This document shows, piece after piece, positions 29,501-42,930 of a stretch of 64,000 nucleotides of DNA. Source of the stretch: an uncultured virus (IMG/VR IMGVR_UViG_3300037400_005412) (Duplodnaviria > Heunggongvirae > Uroviricota > Caudoviricetes); the IMG/VR virus record IMGVR_UViG_3300037400_005412, one strand, 5' to 3'. Every line of letters begins with the position of its first letter. The first letter of the stretch is position 1. A model generated the notes under the pieces. The model searched no databases and had not been told where the DNA came from. It was given only the letters and a program-made list of their open reading frames with translations. The position numbers and the translations under genes are program-made.

Positions 29501-32500
29501 ATTTTCTAGTGCCTGATCAGTAAAAGCTTCTTCTCCAAATCTGTCCTAATCAATCATTTCATTATAGTAAGATTCTCCGCTCTTTCGTTCTCCCGTATCT
29601 TCATTATATGTAGATACATTATGCTAACGACCATAAGCATCAGTATATGTTTTTACTACATCTGTCCCACTATCGATCAAAGCTTTTATAGCTTTATCAG
29701 CATCTCCAGGAGTATATCCCTAATTTTCTGTTAAGAAAGTTTTTAATTCATCAAAATCATAGTATTTAGTACTATTGTCTAGACGATAATAACCACCACC
29801 TCCGGCTCCAGAATTCGCTTGATAATATTCCCTACTATAAGAAGAAACTACTGAATCAATTACATCTTTTACTACTTGTTGGTATCCAGCGTCATTCTGT
29901 GTCTCAGGAACTAATGTATCATAACTCTAATCAGCAAGGTGTTTTCCCATCTATGTTAAATTACTAAAACCTTCAGTGGCTTTTCCTATAATAACAGTCT
30001 TTTGGCTACTTAATGCTTGTGTAAAAGCATTTTTTAACCCATCTTCTGTTGTAAAATTAATAACTCCATCTTTTGTAATTCCATTTTGTTTTTCTTCATC
30101 AGTTAACTCTCTGAAAATTCCCTAAGCAGTATCATAAACTAAATTCTATAATATGCCAGAATCAAAAGCTCCAGATAAAGCATCAATTACATTACCATAA
30201 GCAAATCCTTCTTTATTAAATTCTTTTAAAGTAGTAGTTAATTGCTATGCGGCATTACCTACATCTAAAACATATCCAAAATCAGTAGAACCTAAATAAC
30301 CAACTATCTATTTAGAAAAAGTTTCAATTTGCTTATCATCATAAGTATATCCGTCTTTCCTTAAATTTTCAAATGCTTGCTAAAGATATCCATATAATCC
30401 AATACTAGTTACTTCATTTGTTAAACCATTAGTAGCAGCATAATCTGTATAGGCTTGTCCAAAATTAGAATTAAAACTAATATTTCCTGTTTTTGGATCA
30501 AAAACAATACCTTGATTGGCCATCTAATCTCCAAACATCTAGCCAAAATAGGCAAAAGCAGTTTCAATTCCTCCTCCGCCTTTGCCAAAATATTTTCCAG
30601 TTCCAGCGGTTGTAGACAGAAGATCATAAACAGGTCGCATCTATTCTTTTAATGTTTTATTAATGTCTTTTGTAACTGTACTGCCTGGAGAGCTAGACTC
30701 CATAATATTTCTAAATTGAGCAAACTATTCATCTGTTAAGAAACTTTGCATAGCATTAAAGAATGGAGTATCATGCCCCATATTTTCTTTAGTAGCTACA
30801 GCCCAAGACTTTCCAATATTTTGCCAATAATCATCAATCTCTCCATAAGAAGTTCCAAGATTTTGTTCTGCTAAAGTATCTAAACCAGCCTACTAAAAAT
30901 CAGAAACTCCTCCACCAATTTCTACTCCTTTAACAAAGCCATCAGTTAAATCTGCTGTTGTTATTTGCCCAGCGGCTAACATTTCACCAATATCAATAAC
31001 ACTTTGATAATGCTTAATTCCGTCTTCCGAAGAATCAAGATAAGATGCTAAAGTAGAATTTTTCTTAGCCATTTTTGCGATATCGCCAGTAGTAATATTA
31101 GTGTTATCTGCTAAAGCAGAAGCAATTGTATTCTATACCTAAGCAAAATCACTAGTGTCAAATGCAGTTCTAGCATAACCTCCATTATTAGCGATATCTT
31201 CTCTAATAGCCTATTCTAATTTTTGTAAAGCTGGAGTTAACTTCTCGTCTCCTAAAGATAATAATTTTTCTTGCTATTTTAATGAAGCTAATCCAGTAAT
31301 ACTATTTTCAAGGTTCAATTTATTTAAAGCATCAAAAAACTGCTAATTCCAATTACGAGGTGTTTTTGAATCATTATCATTATTTGAAGTTAAAGCATCA
31401 AAAACATATTTTCCAGTAACTTCACCAAATGTATTACCCATAGTGCTTGTATAAGCATTTAATAATTGTAACTAATTATTTGAAGCATTGCTTGTCTATA
31501 ATAGATCAGCAAAATTTTGACTATCTATTAAAGTATTTTGAGTAACTGTTTTTGCTAAATCGTCAACAGACTTAGCATATTCTTTCAAAGCCGTTGAAGT
31601 TAATAATTGATAACCTTGACTTTTATCAATCTAAACCTTATTGTTATTGTCTAAACTATTATAAAAGTTTTCGGCTCTTGCATTTATAAAGTCTTGTTCC
31701 GTAGCAGTTGGATTATTTTTTTTATATTCATCAAAGGCAGCTTTAAATTCTTGAGATCTGCTTCCTCCTATACCAAATAAACCACTTTGTTTTTTGCCGA
31801 AAGTGTCTTCAATGATGTCTCTTATTCCTTGTTTTTGTTCATCGGTTAATTCATCCCAACTAGCAATCGAATGCTAAGTTCTGCTAATGTTTTTAACTCC
31901 TTCTTCAATTAAACCATTAAAATCATCACGACTTAAATTTCCAGCATTAGCAAAACGAGATAATGTTGAATCAGAGATACCGCCTAAAAGATCTGTTTGC
32001 TCATCTATCTATGCCTATAATCCTTCTTTGTAAATCTAAGATCTAATAGCAACAGCAATGTCCATATCAGACATCTAAGAATTAGGACTCTCTCCACCAA
32101 ATAATTCTCTATACTAGTCCTCTAACCAATCTCTTTTTAAAGTATTCCCATCTTTATCAAATACTTGGCCAGTAGAAGTCCAATGTATGCCCAATAATTG
32201 ACCATTAGTATCACGAGATTGTAAAATATCTTGCCAAGAAGATAAATTTTCTTGGCCCTATTCACCAAATGTTAAACTTCTAGCTATTAATCGTTCTCTA
32301 TCAGAAACTTCTCCTTGGCTACTTAAATAAGTATTAATAGTAGCCTAATAGTCTGCTAAATTTCTATTCTACAAATTCTAAATTTGAGATTGTAATTGAC
32401 TTACTTTTGCTCGGCCTTCCTCACTTGTAATAGCAGCAATTTCTTCTTCAGTCAATAATTCACCATTACTAACTTTTTCAAAATATCCATCTGAAGCTCC

Positions 32501-35500
32501 AATTGAACTTAAAATTGTTGTAGTTAATTCAGATGATAATTTATTAATATCATTTATATTACTTAACTAACTTTTTGCACTATTAGTAACAGCGGCATCT
32601 ACTGCAGCTGTTTTAGCTCTTTCTTCTACTCTTTCATAAATAGCTTGTAGCTAAGTGCTTGAAAAAGTTGTTACTCCAGATTCATTAACGTTATAATCTA
32701 TTCCGGCTTGAAGCCCATAAGTTTCAATAATACTTCGAGCCTATTGATTAGCATCTAATAGCTAACTGGTATAAGCAGCCGTACCTTGCTGTAATGAAGA
32801 TAATTTATTTACACTAGCCTACTAACTTTTAATAACAGATTCAAAAGCATCTAATTTTTGTTTTTCTTCTTTTGCAGAAGCTTGACTTTGAATACTTAGT
32901 TCATTAGCTCTAGTTATCTTATTTTCTAATGACTATGCTGTAGTATTCTTAATTCCTTCATATATTGTAGCTGCTGTCGCGGCTAATGCGGCAACCGTTA
33001 CTCCTACACCAGCTCCAGTGAGCCCCTCAGCAGCCCCTAATCCAGTCCATCCAATTTTATTAAAACCACTACCAAGAGCTTTACTAATAGGTCCTGCGGT
33101 ATTATTAAATCCAGTAATAATGTTTTTATTACTAAATACATTAGAAAGTTGCCCAACAGCAAAAGCACTAGAACCTAAAGTAGTAACAAGCCCTCCCATT
33201 GTTGCTGTGCCATCTTTTACACTTTTTGCAAAATTATCAATACTACTTACAGCTGCTACGGTAGACTAAGCTGCCATTCCTAAGCCTATAGCAAATTGCC
33301 CAACTGACTGAGTGGCATAAGCTATAGTATCATTCAGATCTTGTTTATCTGTGGCATAATATGTAGAAGTAATTCCATTTTCTGTGTGCTTAAACCCCAA
33401 CAAGCCTTCAGCATTTCTTGCCTAATTAGGTCCAGAACGTAACCAAGATCCAATAGCAGAAGGCTAATTGCCTCCCATTGTAGGAATTAATTTTCCAGCA
33501 GCATCAACACGCTCACGAGTTTTCTCTCCAATTGTTGCTGCCTAATATTTATTCTATTCCATCTATTTAGCCTATGTTCCAAAACTTTTTACAGCCTCTC
33601 TAGCTTCAAGCTTAGTTTTTCCTTTATCACTTAGAGCATCTCTTCGAACATTACTCTTATCTTGTTGTTTTTGGTATTCTTTCCAAGCTTTTCCTTTTGC
33701 GCCGCCTTTAAAATCTTCCGATGTAAATGATAGTCTATCTTTTAAAATATCATCTATAGCTTTATCAAATATCTCATTGGCATTAAAAGATACCTTCCTT
33801 AATGCTCCAATCTATTCATCAGTTAATTCTCCTTCTGATGCTAAAATTTGTTGAATAGTTTGTCCATTATAGATAGTTCCACTAAAAGCTTTTTGCAATG
33901 CATCTTTTTGTGCTCCATTAGTTATATTATCAATATAACGCTATATATCTTTTGCTGTATCTTTCGCCAGTTGCTACTGTCTAGATCCACCTGTAGTCGA
34001 GATCTAATCATTAAGCTATTTTCCTAATTTATTAAAAGTACTTTCAAAAGTCTTATAAAAATCCCCAACTAATCCAGCTTCACTAGCAGATTTTTCAATA
34101 CTTTTTTGTATTGTTTCTCCAACTGAAAAATCAGTCTTTGAAATTCCATTAACAATCTATCTAAAATTTACAGCAGATTCATGGTAAGACTATGCTGAGT
34201 CTCTTAAATTATTTAAAGTTGAAGAAGCTTCAATTGCCTATGTCTAAGCTAATAAAAGCTAAGATTCAACTAATTCTCGTTGTGCCTAAGACGTAAAATT
34301 AGCATCTCCAAACTTTTGCCAGCTTTGTTTAAGACTATCTAAAATACTTCCATTAGCCTTATCAAATATATTATCTCTAGTGCTAATATCTTGACCAATT
34401 TCAAATAATGTGTCTATTTTAGACTAATTAGCAATTGCTCGTCCACTTGCGGTACTCATTCCGATATTATGAATTGCATTATCAATTCCATTAGCAATCT
34501 AATCCTAAAACATATAAGTAGCTAAAGCTCCTAGACTTGATACACTTCCAGAAGTTCCTAGAGTTTTTCCTACATTACCAATAGTATCTAAAACACTTGC
34601 TGTAAAATTATTTAACCCTTTAAAAAAGTCACTACTAATTAAAGTATCATAAATACCTTGAGCAGAGGTCTAAACTCTCTATTGAGCTGCCTGCCAAGAG
34701 TCAGCATAAATATCTGCCTATCTCTATAATGTACCATCAGAAGTCTAAGCTGTAATTAAATTTTCCTAAAAAGTCTCCCAATTCTCCATTAAAGACACTA
34801 AAGTAGTATAATTACGTACTCCGCCAACTGTCTAGGCTAAAGCAACCTATTGGGCCTAAGTTAAAGTTTGCCATCTTTGTCCCAACCCATCTAATATAGT
34901 GTCCATACTTTTTAATTTCCCATTAGCATCTAAAACACTAACGCCAACTTTCATTAAAGCTTCAGAATATTTATTTAAAGTTACACCATCTTCTAATGTT
35001 TTCCCAAGGTTTAATGATTCTAATCTAGAAAATAATGTTTTTAAACTAGTACCAACACTATCAGCAGACTATCTTGTCTGTGCTGTAACTGTAGCCATAG
35101 CGGTAGCCGCATAATCATAACTTAATCCGACAGTTTTTGAAATTGAAGCAAATTTTTCTAAACCTTTAGCAATTTCTCCAGAGCTAGAAGCAGTTGTTGC
35201 TCCTAATTTTGCCATTACATCTGCATATCTTTCAAGATTATCTACTCCATTGGAAAAATTGTTCCAAATTGATGTCATTTGTTGAGATACTTTAGTTGCG
35301 CTCTATCCACTCACTTGCGCCATTTTTAAAGTAGTTGCAGTACGTTCTGCCACTTCTTTATCTGATAAGCCCTATTGATAGTAAATTAAAGCAGCATTAG
35401 TATATTCTAAAGTTGAAGCATTTAAACTTTTAGCGGCTTCATTTGCTTGTCTAGCAAAATCCTACATGTATTCTGCACTATGTCCAGTAACTATCTAAAT

Positions 35501-36031
35501 ACTATTTAAAGATTTATCTAAATTCTAAGCATAATTAAAAGCTTTTGAAATTTCTCTTGTTATTCCATTAATCGCACCAGAGGCTACACTCCACCTAAAG
35601 GAATTCTATAAAAAAGTACCCATTTCTGATAACATCCCACTTGTCCTTTTTAAGGGCACTTCCGCCGAAGCAATTTGAGATGCCAATGAATCAAAAGCAC
35701 GCTGACCATCTGGACCTAAAGATGTTAAAGTATTTTTTATTTCTCCTATAGTTATACCACTTTGTTTTAATTCTGAATTAAATTTACCTAAATCAAAAGC
35801 ACCTGTCATCAAATCTTCAGATTTCTATAAGGCATTATTTAATTTTAAAGTAGTATTAGTCATTTTAACTAAATCATCTGCAGCTCCAATTTTAAATTGA
35901 GCTGTTTTTGATAAATTTAAAATTTGTGCCTACAAGTCTTTAGTCTAAGAAGTTATTTCTTTAAAATTATTTCTAATATTAATATCTGCAAAAAAACGAC
36001 TTGGCTAATTTAAATTTTTCCCACTAGGCAT
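23582..36031 (-). CDS. Tail tape measure protein, ~4149 aa (TAG=Gln)
   Basis: ATG 36031 and TAA 23582 are in frame with fragments at 35606, 35069, 32933, 28127, 27491, 26537, 23924. N-terminal TMP core (YADVMAKLGATTASSSGEIAKGLEKFAS), VTGELGPEL motif, C-terminal FDTGMYTGEW...LAWLH(TAG)KELVLNA; located after tail tube and chaperone. Confidence 0.85.
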
Positions 36032-36055
36032 TTATAATTACTCCTTTCACTCTTA

Positions 36056-36103
36056 AATAAAAAAAGAGATTAAGAAATAATTAATTATTTCCTAATCTCT
36101 TTT
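36056..36103 (-). terminator. Terminator-like hairpin before tape measure gene
   Basis: AAAGAGATTAAGAAATAA / TTATTTCCTAATCTCTTT imperfect inverted repeat with T-run on minus strand. Confidence 0.6.
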
Positions 36104-36159
36104 GTATTATTATTAAAATTATTTCTTACTATAAATATATAAAAAATATTTTAATATAA

Positions 36160-36684
36160 TTAACCTAATTTGGTTACTACATCTTTTAACAAACCCATAT
36201 TTTCAGGATCTGATAAAGAATTTTCTATTTTAGTTACTTGTTCATTAATATCTTGATAATTATTTCTAGTCTACTCAATCATTCCAGCAAAAGAATTTTT
36301 ATAATTATAAATTTCATGAATAGTATCTATGATTCCTTTATCAATAAAATTTAATTCAGCTTGGGGAATTAATTCTTTAACTTTATTGTAAAAGCCACTG
36401 CTTACAAATAAATCATACATTTTTACCGTATCTTCTGCTTGCTTATCAGTTAAATTAATATTTGTATATCCCAATATTAACTATAATGTTTTAAAAATTT
36501 CAATTTTACAAGGATTAATAAAAACATTATCGTCCATAGAAAAACTTACAATTTTAGATATTAATTCCATTTTTTCTTTAACCGATAAATATTGCTTAAT
36601 TTCAATTTTTTGCTGTTCCCATTCTAATATTTGAACAGAAGTATTTTTAACTAAATTTAATTTGGTAAAAGCTATTTTACTCAT
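36160..36684 (-). CDS. Putative tail assembly chaperone (TAG=Gln)
   Basis: 36481-36684 and 36271-36474 join through TAG, ending VVTKLG-TAA; lies immediately upstream of tape measure. Confidence 0.65.
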
Positions 36685-36719
36685 TATTATAATCTCCTCT
36701 TACTCTTATACTTGTTTTA

Positions 36720-36748
36720 AGTATATCATATTTTTTTTTAATTGTCAA
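36720..36748 (-). promoter_or_regulatory. Sigma-A-type promoter
   Basis: TTGACA-17nt-TATACT with TG extended -10, upstream of the gene starting at 36684. Confidence 0.7.
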
Positions 36749-36758
36749 TTTTTTTATA

Positions 36759-38150
36759 TTACCAAGAAGTATCTTCTTCTATGCTCTCAGCTTCCTCATT
36801 ATTCATTTCAGTACTTTCATCTATCCAAGCATTATATATATCTATTTTCATATCCTCACATTCTTCAGAATTTAAAAAATCCATAAATAATGGATTGCCA
36901 CCAAAAGCTTCATTAAATATCTTATCAATTTCTTGACGAGCATAATTTTCATTCTATTTTTCTAAGCTATTTAATGAATAATTAAATTTATCTTTAAAGA
37001 AATTATCCATAGCATTTCTCTAATCATTATTAGATATTGCATTTGAAAATTCTTTAAAAAGACCATCTTTATTAGATAAAAATTTTAAACTATTCTATAA
37101 ACTAGAAATACTAGTACCATTCCAAGGCATATTGCCATTAGCATATTTCATCTATAAAGCAAAATTATAATCTTGTCCATTTATTTTTGTTGCTATATTT
37201 ACATCTCCAGTAGCAAAACCTAATGTATTTTCAGCATTATTAATTTTATAATTTAACTATTGAGAAAGATTATTTAAATCTAATCCCGGTTCAAATAAAT
37301 ATTCTAATTTTCTAGCAGCCCAAGCATATTTAGAAGTATTTTTCATTTCTGCTAATTCAGCTTCTGTTTTATTCAATGCCTATGTACTATATATTTTTGT
37401 TCCTCTTAAAGTATTCCAAGTATTTTTAAAACTTACCCCAATACTACCATTATTATATGGCAATATATTATAAATAACATCATTGCGTTCATTACTTAAT
37501 GCTTCTAATCTACCTTTTAAAGTAGAATAAGTTGTATTTCCAGTACGTAATAAATAAGCTTCATCGGTAAACTATAACTAAGATAATTTATATCCACCTT
37601 TATCAGTATAAGTATATTTTAATTCAAATAAATCTCTATTATTTCTTTCTAATTCAGAATATGCCGTCCTAGACATAATAGTCAATGATGAAGGTGTTCC
37701 AATACCATAAAGCATACGATCTCCTCTAAATTTTTCCATTATACTATTAACTTCTTCTGAAGCATTTATAATCCCATTATACATTCTGTTATAATTATAT
37801 ATATAAGAATTTATATCATTTTTAAAATTCTAATCTTTTATAGAATTATTAGCAAATAATTCTCTAGCTAAATTATGCTAACTTTCAACATTATTCTATG
37901 ATAATATTTTTAATAAATCTTCAAATATGTCACTGTCCATTAAAACTGAGCCCATAATTCTATTATAAGAACTTTCTAAATCAATCTAGATTTTTTCTAA
38001 TTCTTTAGAATAATTTTTTAATCTATTTTGAGTTTCAGGTTTTAATATTTCATTAATCTTTTCTTTAGCATCCTATTTTGCAAGTGAATTATAAATACTA
38101 AAAGATAATTCTCTAGTTGCCTAACTACGTCCCCAATATCCTTTCGCCAT
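36759..38150 (-). CDS. Hypothetical protein, 463 aa (TAG=Gln)
   Basis: MAKGYWGRS(TAG) start with AGGTG RBS, in frame with 37578-37784, ends DTSW-TAA. Confidence 0.65.
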
Positions 38151-38166
38151 AAAAATTTCACCTACT

Positions 38167-38209
38167 TAAAAAACAAAAAGGAGAAAACCTTTTTGAGGTT
38201 TTCTCCTTT
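38167..38209 (-). terminator. Intrinsic terminator after tail tube gene
   Basis: AAGGAGAAAACCT / AGGTTTTCTCCTT stem with T-run. Confidence 0.75.
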
Positions 38210-38218
38210 AACATTTTA

Positions 38219-39664
38219 TCAGAACCATTCAAGACCATCATGTGCAGGCTCGTGGCTTGTACTATGACGGTGGAGGTCCTCTTTCTCAACATCTTCAATA
38301 ACTTGAATAGCAGCAAATACTTTATGGCTATGGTCAAAACGAGTATAATCAGGGAATGCGTCCATAGTAAAGCTGAATGTACTAGGATCTCCAGTATTAG
38401 CCATAGTAAATGTAAAGTTGGATTGAATCTTGCAGTTAGGAATTACGAACTCAGCAGGCATATCTTGTCCCTCTTGAGTACGGAAGAGTGTCTCAGCCTC
38501 AAGATAATAGTTGCCGCCAAACTTATCAGCAGTAATTTCAATTTGAGTAGCGCCAGCAGTCTTTTCTACATAGTAATCGACAAGGACGCTATCAAAACGT
38601 GGAATAACATTGGTAGTCCCATCTCTTACAATTTGGACAAATGGGAATTCACGAACGTCATAACTACTATTACCTTCAACGCCGCCTTCTGCAGGTAGAG
38701 TAGACTCACCAGGTTTATAAGCATGTTCTTGACCATCATCAGCACCAAGGTCGGCATAAGAATTAGCAAGATTATAGTTAGTGTGGTCAGCTACAGTGAT
38801 CCAATATTTAGAAATATTACCTTTTTCATCTCTTTCAATAGTCTTACCATCAGTGTTAGAACTAGCATCAAAGTCACCATGAACAGGGATATAAGGCTCA
38901 GTGATAATTTCGCCATCTTTCATAAACATCACATAAGCAAAATCTTCACCTTTATTATTTGGTAAATAAGGATCATTAGTTAAAGGAATACGAATTTTAC
39001 CGCCTAACATGCTTTGATATGGATTCTCAGTACCGCCATTTCCAGCTAAGTCTAAATCAGCAATATCAATAATTTCAGTAATATGTTGATAAACTGACTT
39101 ATCTTTAGCATCAATTAATCCAGCACCAGTTAAAATGCTTAAACCTTCTGGAGAGATAAGAGCATCTTCCATCTGGAAAGTAACGGTGCGTTCACCTTCC
39201 CAAGCGACAAGACGAGGGTTACCACGACCGCCTTGAGCGTAAACCGTGCTAGACTGACCTTCTAAGCTAGAAGTTTTTAATGTATCAAAATACATTACAG
39301 GTTCATTTTTATAAAATATTTTTTTGCCAACTTTTTGTGCAGCTTTTGCTTTAAGTACAACATTACAAATTTCTCTTCACAATAATATTGTGGACTATCT
39401 CTTACTAATAATCAAGTTATTAGCATACCTTTTTCAAATTGCGTATCAATAGCAATTTTACAAAACTGATTAAAGTTTTTAGTCTCTACAGCGCTCTATA
39501 TAAAATAGAATGCCACGGGATTCTCTTTTCAGCATTCCCCGTTAGCAAGATGCCCTAACCAATTTTCTACCAATTTACTGTTAGAAAACTGGAAACTGCA
39601 ACTCTCACCCCTGTGATAAGCAGGATAAGGTATGTTAGTGCGAGAGATTCACACCAAAACGCAT
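38219..39664 (-). CDS. Major tail (tube) protein, spliced: exon 1 39664-39651, exon 2 39377-38219
   Basis: Splicing gives MRFGV-REICNVVLKAKA...YFDTLKTSSLEG; strong AAGGAGG RBS precedes the 14-nt exon 1; no TAG codons; position before chaperone and tape measure. Confidence 0.8.
39378..39650 (-). mobile_element. Group I intron without ORF (273 nt) in tail tube gene
   Basis: 5' exon ends in U, intron ends in G; core elements GCTAACGGGGAA...AATCCCGTGGCA, GTAGAGACTA and AAGAGATAGTCC; terminal CACAATATTATTGTG hairpin; removal restores the frame. Confidence 0.85.
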
Positions 39665-39679
39665 AATATATTTTCCTCC

Positions 39680-40462
39680 TTAAATTTTAAATTTATTACG
39701 CTTTCTTAATAAGAATAATTCTGGATTATTCTTATACATATATGCTCCTAGGCGTAGTGTATCTTTTTTTCCAAAGCGTATTGTATAGGAGGAAGGGTCA
39801 TAACTTCCACCCTCAATTCCAGCTTTTTCTTTTAAAATAATTAATAACTAATTTAAAAATTTTTTACTACCACTGGTAAAAGCACTATTTACTCTACCAC
39901 ATTTTAATTCAGTGATACAGCCATCTCCATCAAAATATCCCCTTATAAAATCCGGTAAATATTCTTCTGGGATGTTGGGGAATTCAATAATCATACTTTT
40001 ATTTTCACACCCGCCTAAAGCCATCAAATCTTTATATATAACTACACAACTAAAATTTAAACGCGCCGCCTAGCGATCAACGTAATCATATAAAGGTCCT
40101 TCATACTGTAATTCTTCGGCAATGCGTTTTAAAATATATTTATCTTTATTGTGTAATGTTATATCAAACATCTTACCTCCATAAATACAACCATCTGCCC
40201 ACCATAAACCAAGCACATAAGCCATATTGCTTGACCAAGTTTTAAAATAATCCTAATTTATTCTATATTTTCTAGAGTTCTAAGACTATATCTTACTTTT
40301 TTCTTCTGGAGATAATTTTTTAATAATAAATTTATTATGATAACAATAACTATAAATAGTTTTTTTAGTATATTGTTTATCAAAATATTCATACCATTCT
40401 GGCAAGGTTCGATTCGCGCTCTCGGCACGAAGAATATCCTTATGTTCCTGTAATATTGGCAT
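39680..40462 (-). CDS. Free-standing LAGLIDADG homing endonuclease (TAG=Gln)
   Basis: Two motifs, MAYVLGLWWADGCI and DFIRGYFDGDGCI; ends LLRKRNKFKI-TAA; several in-frame TAG. Confidence 0.85.
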
Positions 40463-40480
40463 ATTACTATTCCTTTCTAA

Positions 40481-41203
40481 TTAATGAATATTTTTCATCC
40501 AATTTTCTAGATGTTCTTCAGGTTTACCACCGGCTAATCTCTATCGTAAATCAATATCCCAATTAACCCATAGCATAAACCTTTCAACTAAATCATATAA
40601 CTAGAACATCGTTAATTTCTGAAGTTCTATTATAGATATATGTAAACCAATAGTTAACATTGATAAATACTAAGTAAAAACACTTATATTATTCTAATTT
40701 TTTAATTCCGCAACTTTTTTCCTTCCTGCCATAATTTTGTCGGCAATCTGTTTTGCTTTTTCATTTGCGGGATTAAAAGTTTGCTAATCCATTGGCCCAT
40801 TACTAGTACAAAATATTAATCTTAATACTTCCTAAAGTTTTTCAAAATTTGTTTCATCAATTACAATTGAATTATCTTCCTTTTGTAATAAAAAACTTTT
40901 AGGAGTAAATAATACATTATACTCTGGAAATAATAACGAGCAAAGAGCTTTTACCGCATCTTTTTTTTCTTTTGCTGCTTTCTCTGCCATTATCATCATA
41001 AATATTTGAAAATTAGTTGTAGTCGCTAAAAGATTTTTGTCCTCTATAAACATAGATTTATGTAAACATAAAGTCTACGCCCCAGAAAAAAATATATCTT
41101 CACCAATTAAAGCAATTTCTTCCATTCTCGGCTAATGTATTACAAGCTAGCATTCTGGAACTGGTAAATCAGTCCCACACATTAATCCTAACCGTAAATC
41201 CAT
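40481..41203 (-). CDS. Morphogenesis-region hypothetical protein (TAG=Gln)
   Basis: MDLRLGLMCGTDLPVPEC(TAG)LVIH(TAG)P... to NWMKNIH-TAA, in frame with 40832-41053. Confidence 0.7.
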
Positions 41204-41205
41204 TA

Positions 41206-41796
41206 TTATTTCTTTATGTTATCCTAATATTTTTTAAAATCTTCAACAAAACGCTTCTCATCTTTTGGATTAGGCTATTTAAATTTATCCTCCCCACCAT
41301 GATAAGCGATATACTTTAAACAAACAGCAGCGTATTCATCAGTAAGAACTTGTTCTTGCGCGCTTAAAAATTCTAATAAACCTATACCAGTTAATTTTTT
41401 ATCATTAAACATATAGTCTAACTCTGCCGCAATTTTAAAAGGTCTTAAAGCAAAATCTCTTAACTGCCAATTATCCAAATGACAAATAATATCAAATTCT
41501 ATTATATTATCCCTAAATTCAGGATTATTACTTAATAAAAAATTATTAAAACTTATGAGTAAATAATTATATTTTTCATTATCTACTTTTATTTTTGGAA
41601 CAATCTTTATATTATGTTCTAGTAACTCTAACTATTGGTCATCTGTTAAATTAGGTCTATCTAAAGCATCAGAAGTTGTGTAATACAATAACCTTTGAAT
41701 TCTAGGATTTTTATAAATTTTATCTACAATAATTCCCATATCTTTTTCTACAGAAAGAAAAGAAGATTGTGGTTTTTCATAATTTGTAATTCTCAT
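41206..41796 (-). CDS. Putative tail terminator/neck protein (TAG=Gln)
   Basis: MRITNYEKPQSSFLSVEKD...; in frame with 41275-41478; function from gene order. Confidence 0.6.
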
Positions 41797-41814
41797 ATTA
41801 ATTAAATAATCTCC

Positions 41815-42930
41815 TTAAAAAAGTGATTCTACTACAATTGACTTCTTATAATTACCAATGCTTAATTCAAATTCTCCACTATATGGAGAAACCCACTTTA
41901 CTTTTACACAAGCATTTCCTTTTTCATCCTCATATGGCTCTAATACTACTGGATACTTTTTATCTACAACCCAAGGCTTCTTACTAGGAATACCAAGAGT
42001 ATAAGAGTATTCTTTCTTTGGCTTTATAAAAGTATCTCCTACAATAAATAAAACAGCATGCGATGTATCAGGATTTGGATCTTGCGGGATAGGTTCTAAA
42101 ACACCTACTAAGCCATTCTCAATATCATCTTTATCTTTATCAGCATAATATTCAACGGCTCTAACTTCTAATATACCTGGAATACTAATCGAATCAGTTG
42201 CTTCAACTCTCCAGCATATCTTTGAGTCAGGTTCAAAATTATCTTTTAAATAAAAAGTAGAATATCTCTAAAAACGTTTCATTGTTTCTTCATTTTTAGG
42301 CATTAATATATCTAAAGAATAATTAGGCTGATTAATAGCAGTATTATGTTTTTGAATATCATCTATTCTAGTCTCAACGGGTCCACGGACAGCAACAAAT
42401 GTACTACATTTATCACCATTATCATCAATCCAATTAATATAATATGAACAACGTCTTATATTCCCTTTAAAATAAGCCGTTTCATCTAAATTCTATAAAT
42501 ATATTAACCAATAACTATTTGTACGTTCCCATTCAAAAATATCACCGCATTCAAAGCCATGCTCAAAGCCAACTGATAAGATTTTTTCATCATAATCAAC
42601 TTTCAATTTATTTGGATTTATCAGCGCTCGCACAGTTGAGGATTGTAGAGTCCCGTCTCCAGAATTTTTTCGGCTTTGGATTTTTTTTATTCGAACTGCT
42701 TGGTATGAATATAAAGTAGCTTTATCAAAGGCTTTCCTTTTATCACGAATCATACGTTCTTGCTAAGGAAAACCACCTCTTGCTATTAATGCTTGTGACA
42801 TATGATTAGCAGCATCTACCGTATCTTTATAATAAGTAGGAGGAATTTCTAAATTTCCCATCCTACGATTCATTAAATCAATAACATTATTACTCCCGAT
42901 ATGGGAGGGAATAATCTTATAAGATGGCAT
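41815..42930 (-). CDS. Putative head closure/neck protein (TAG=Gln)
   Basis: MPSYKIIP... through GDIFEWERTNSYWLIYL(TAG)NLDETAYFKGNIRRC to VVESLF-TAA; function from gene order. Confidence 0.6.
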
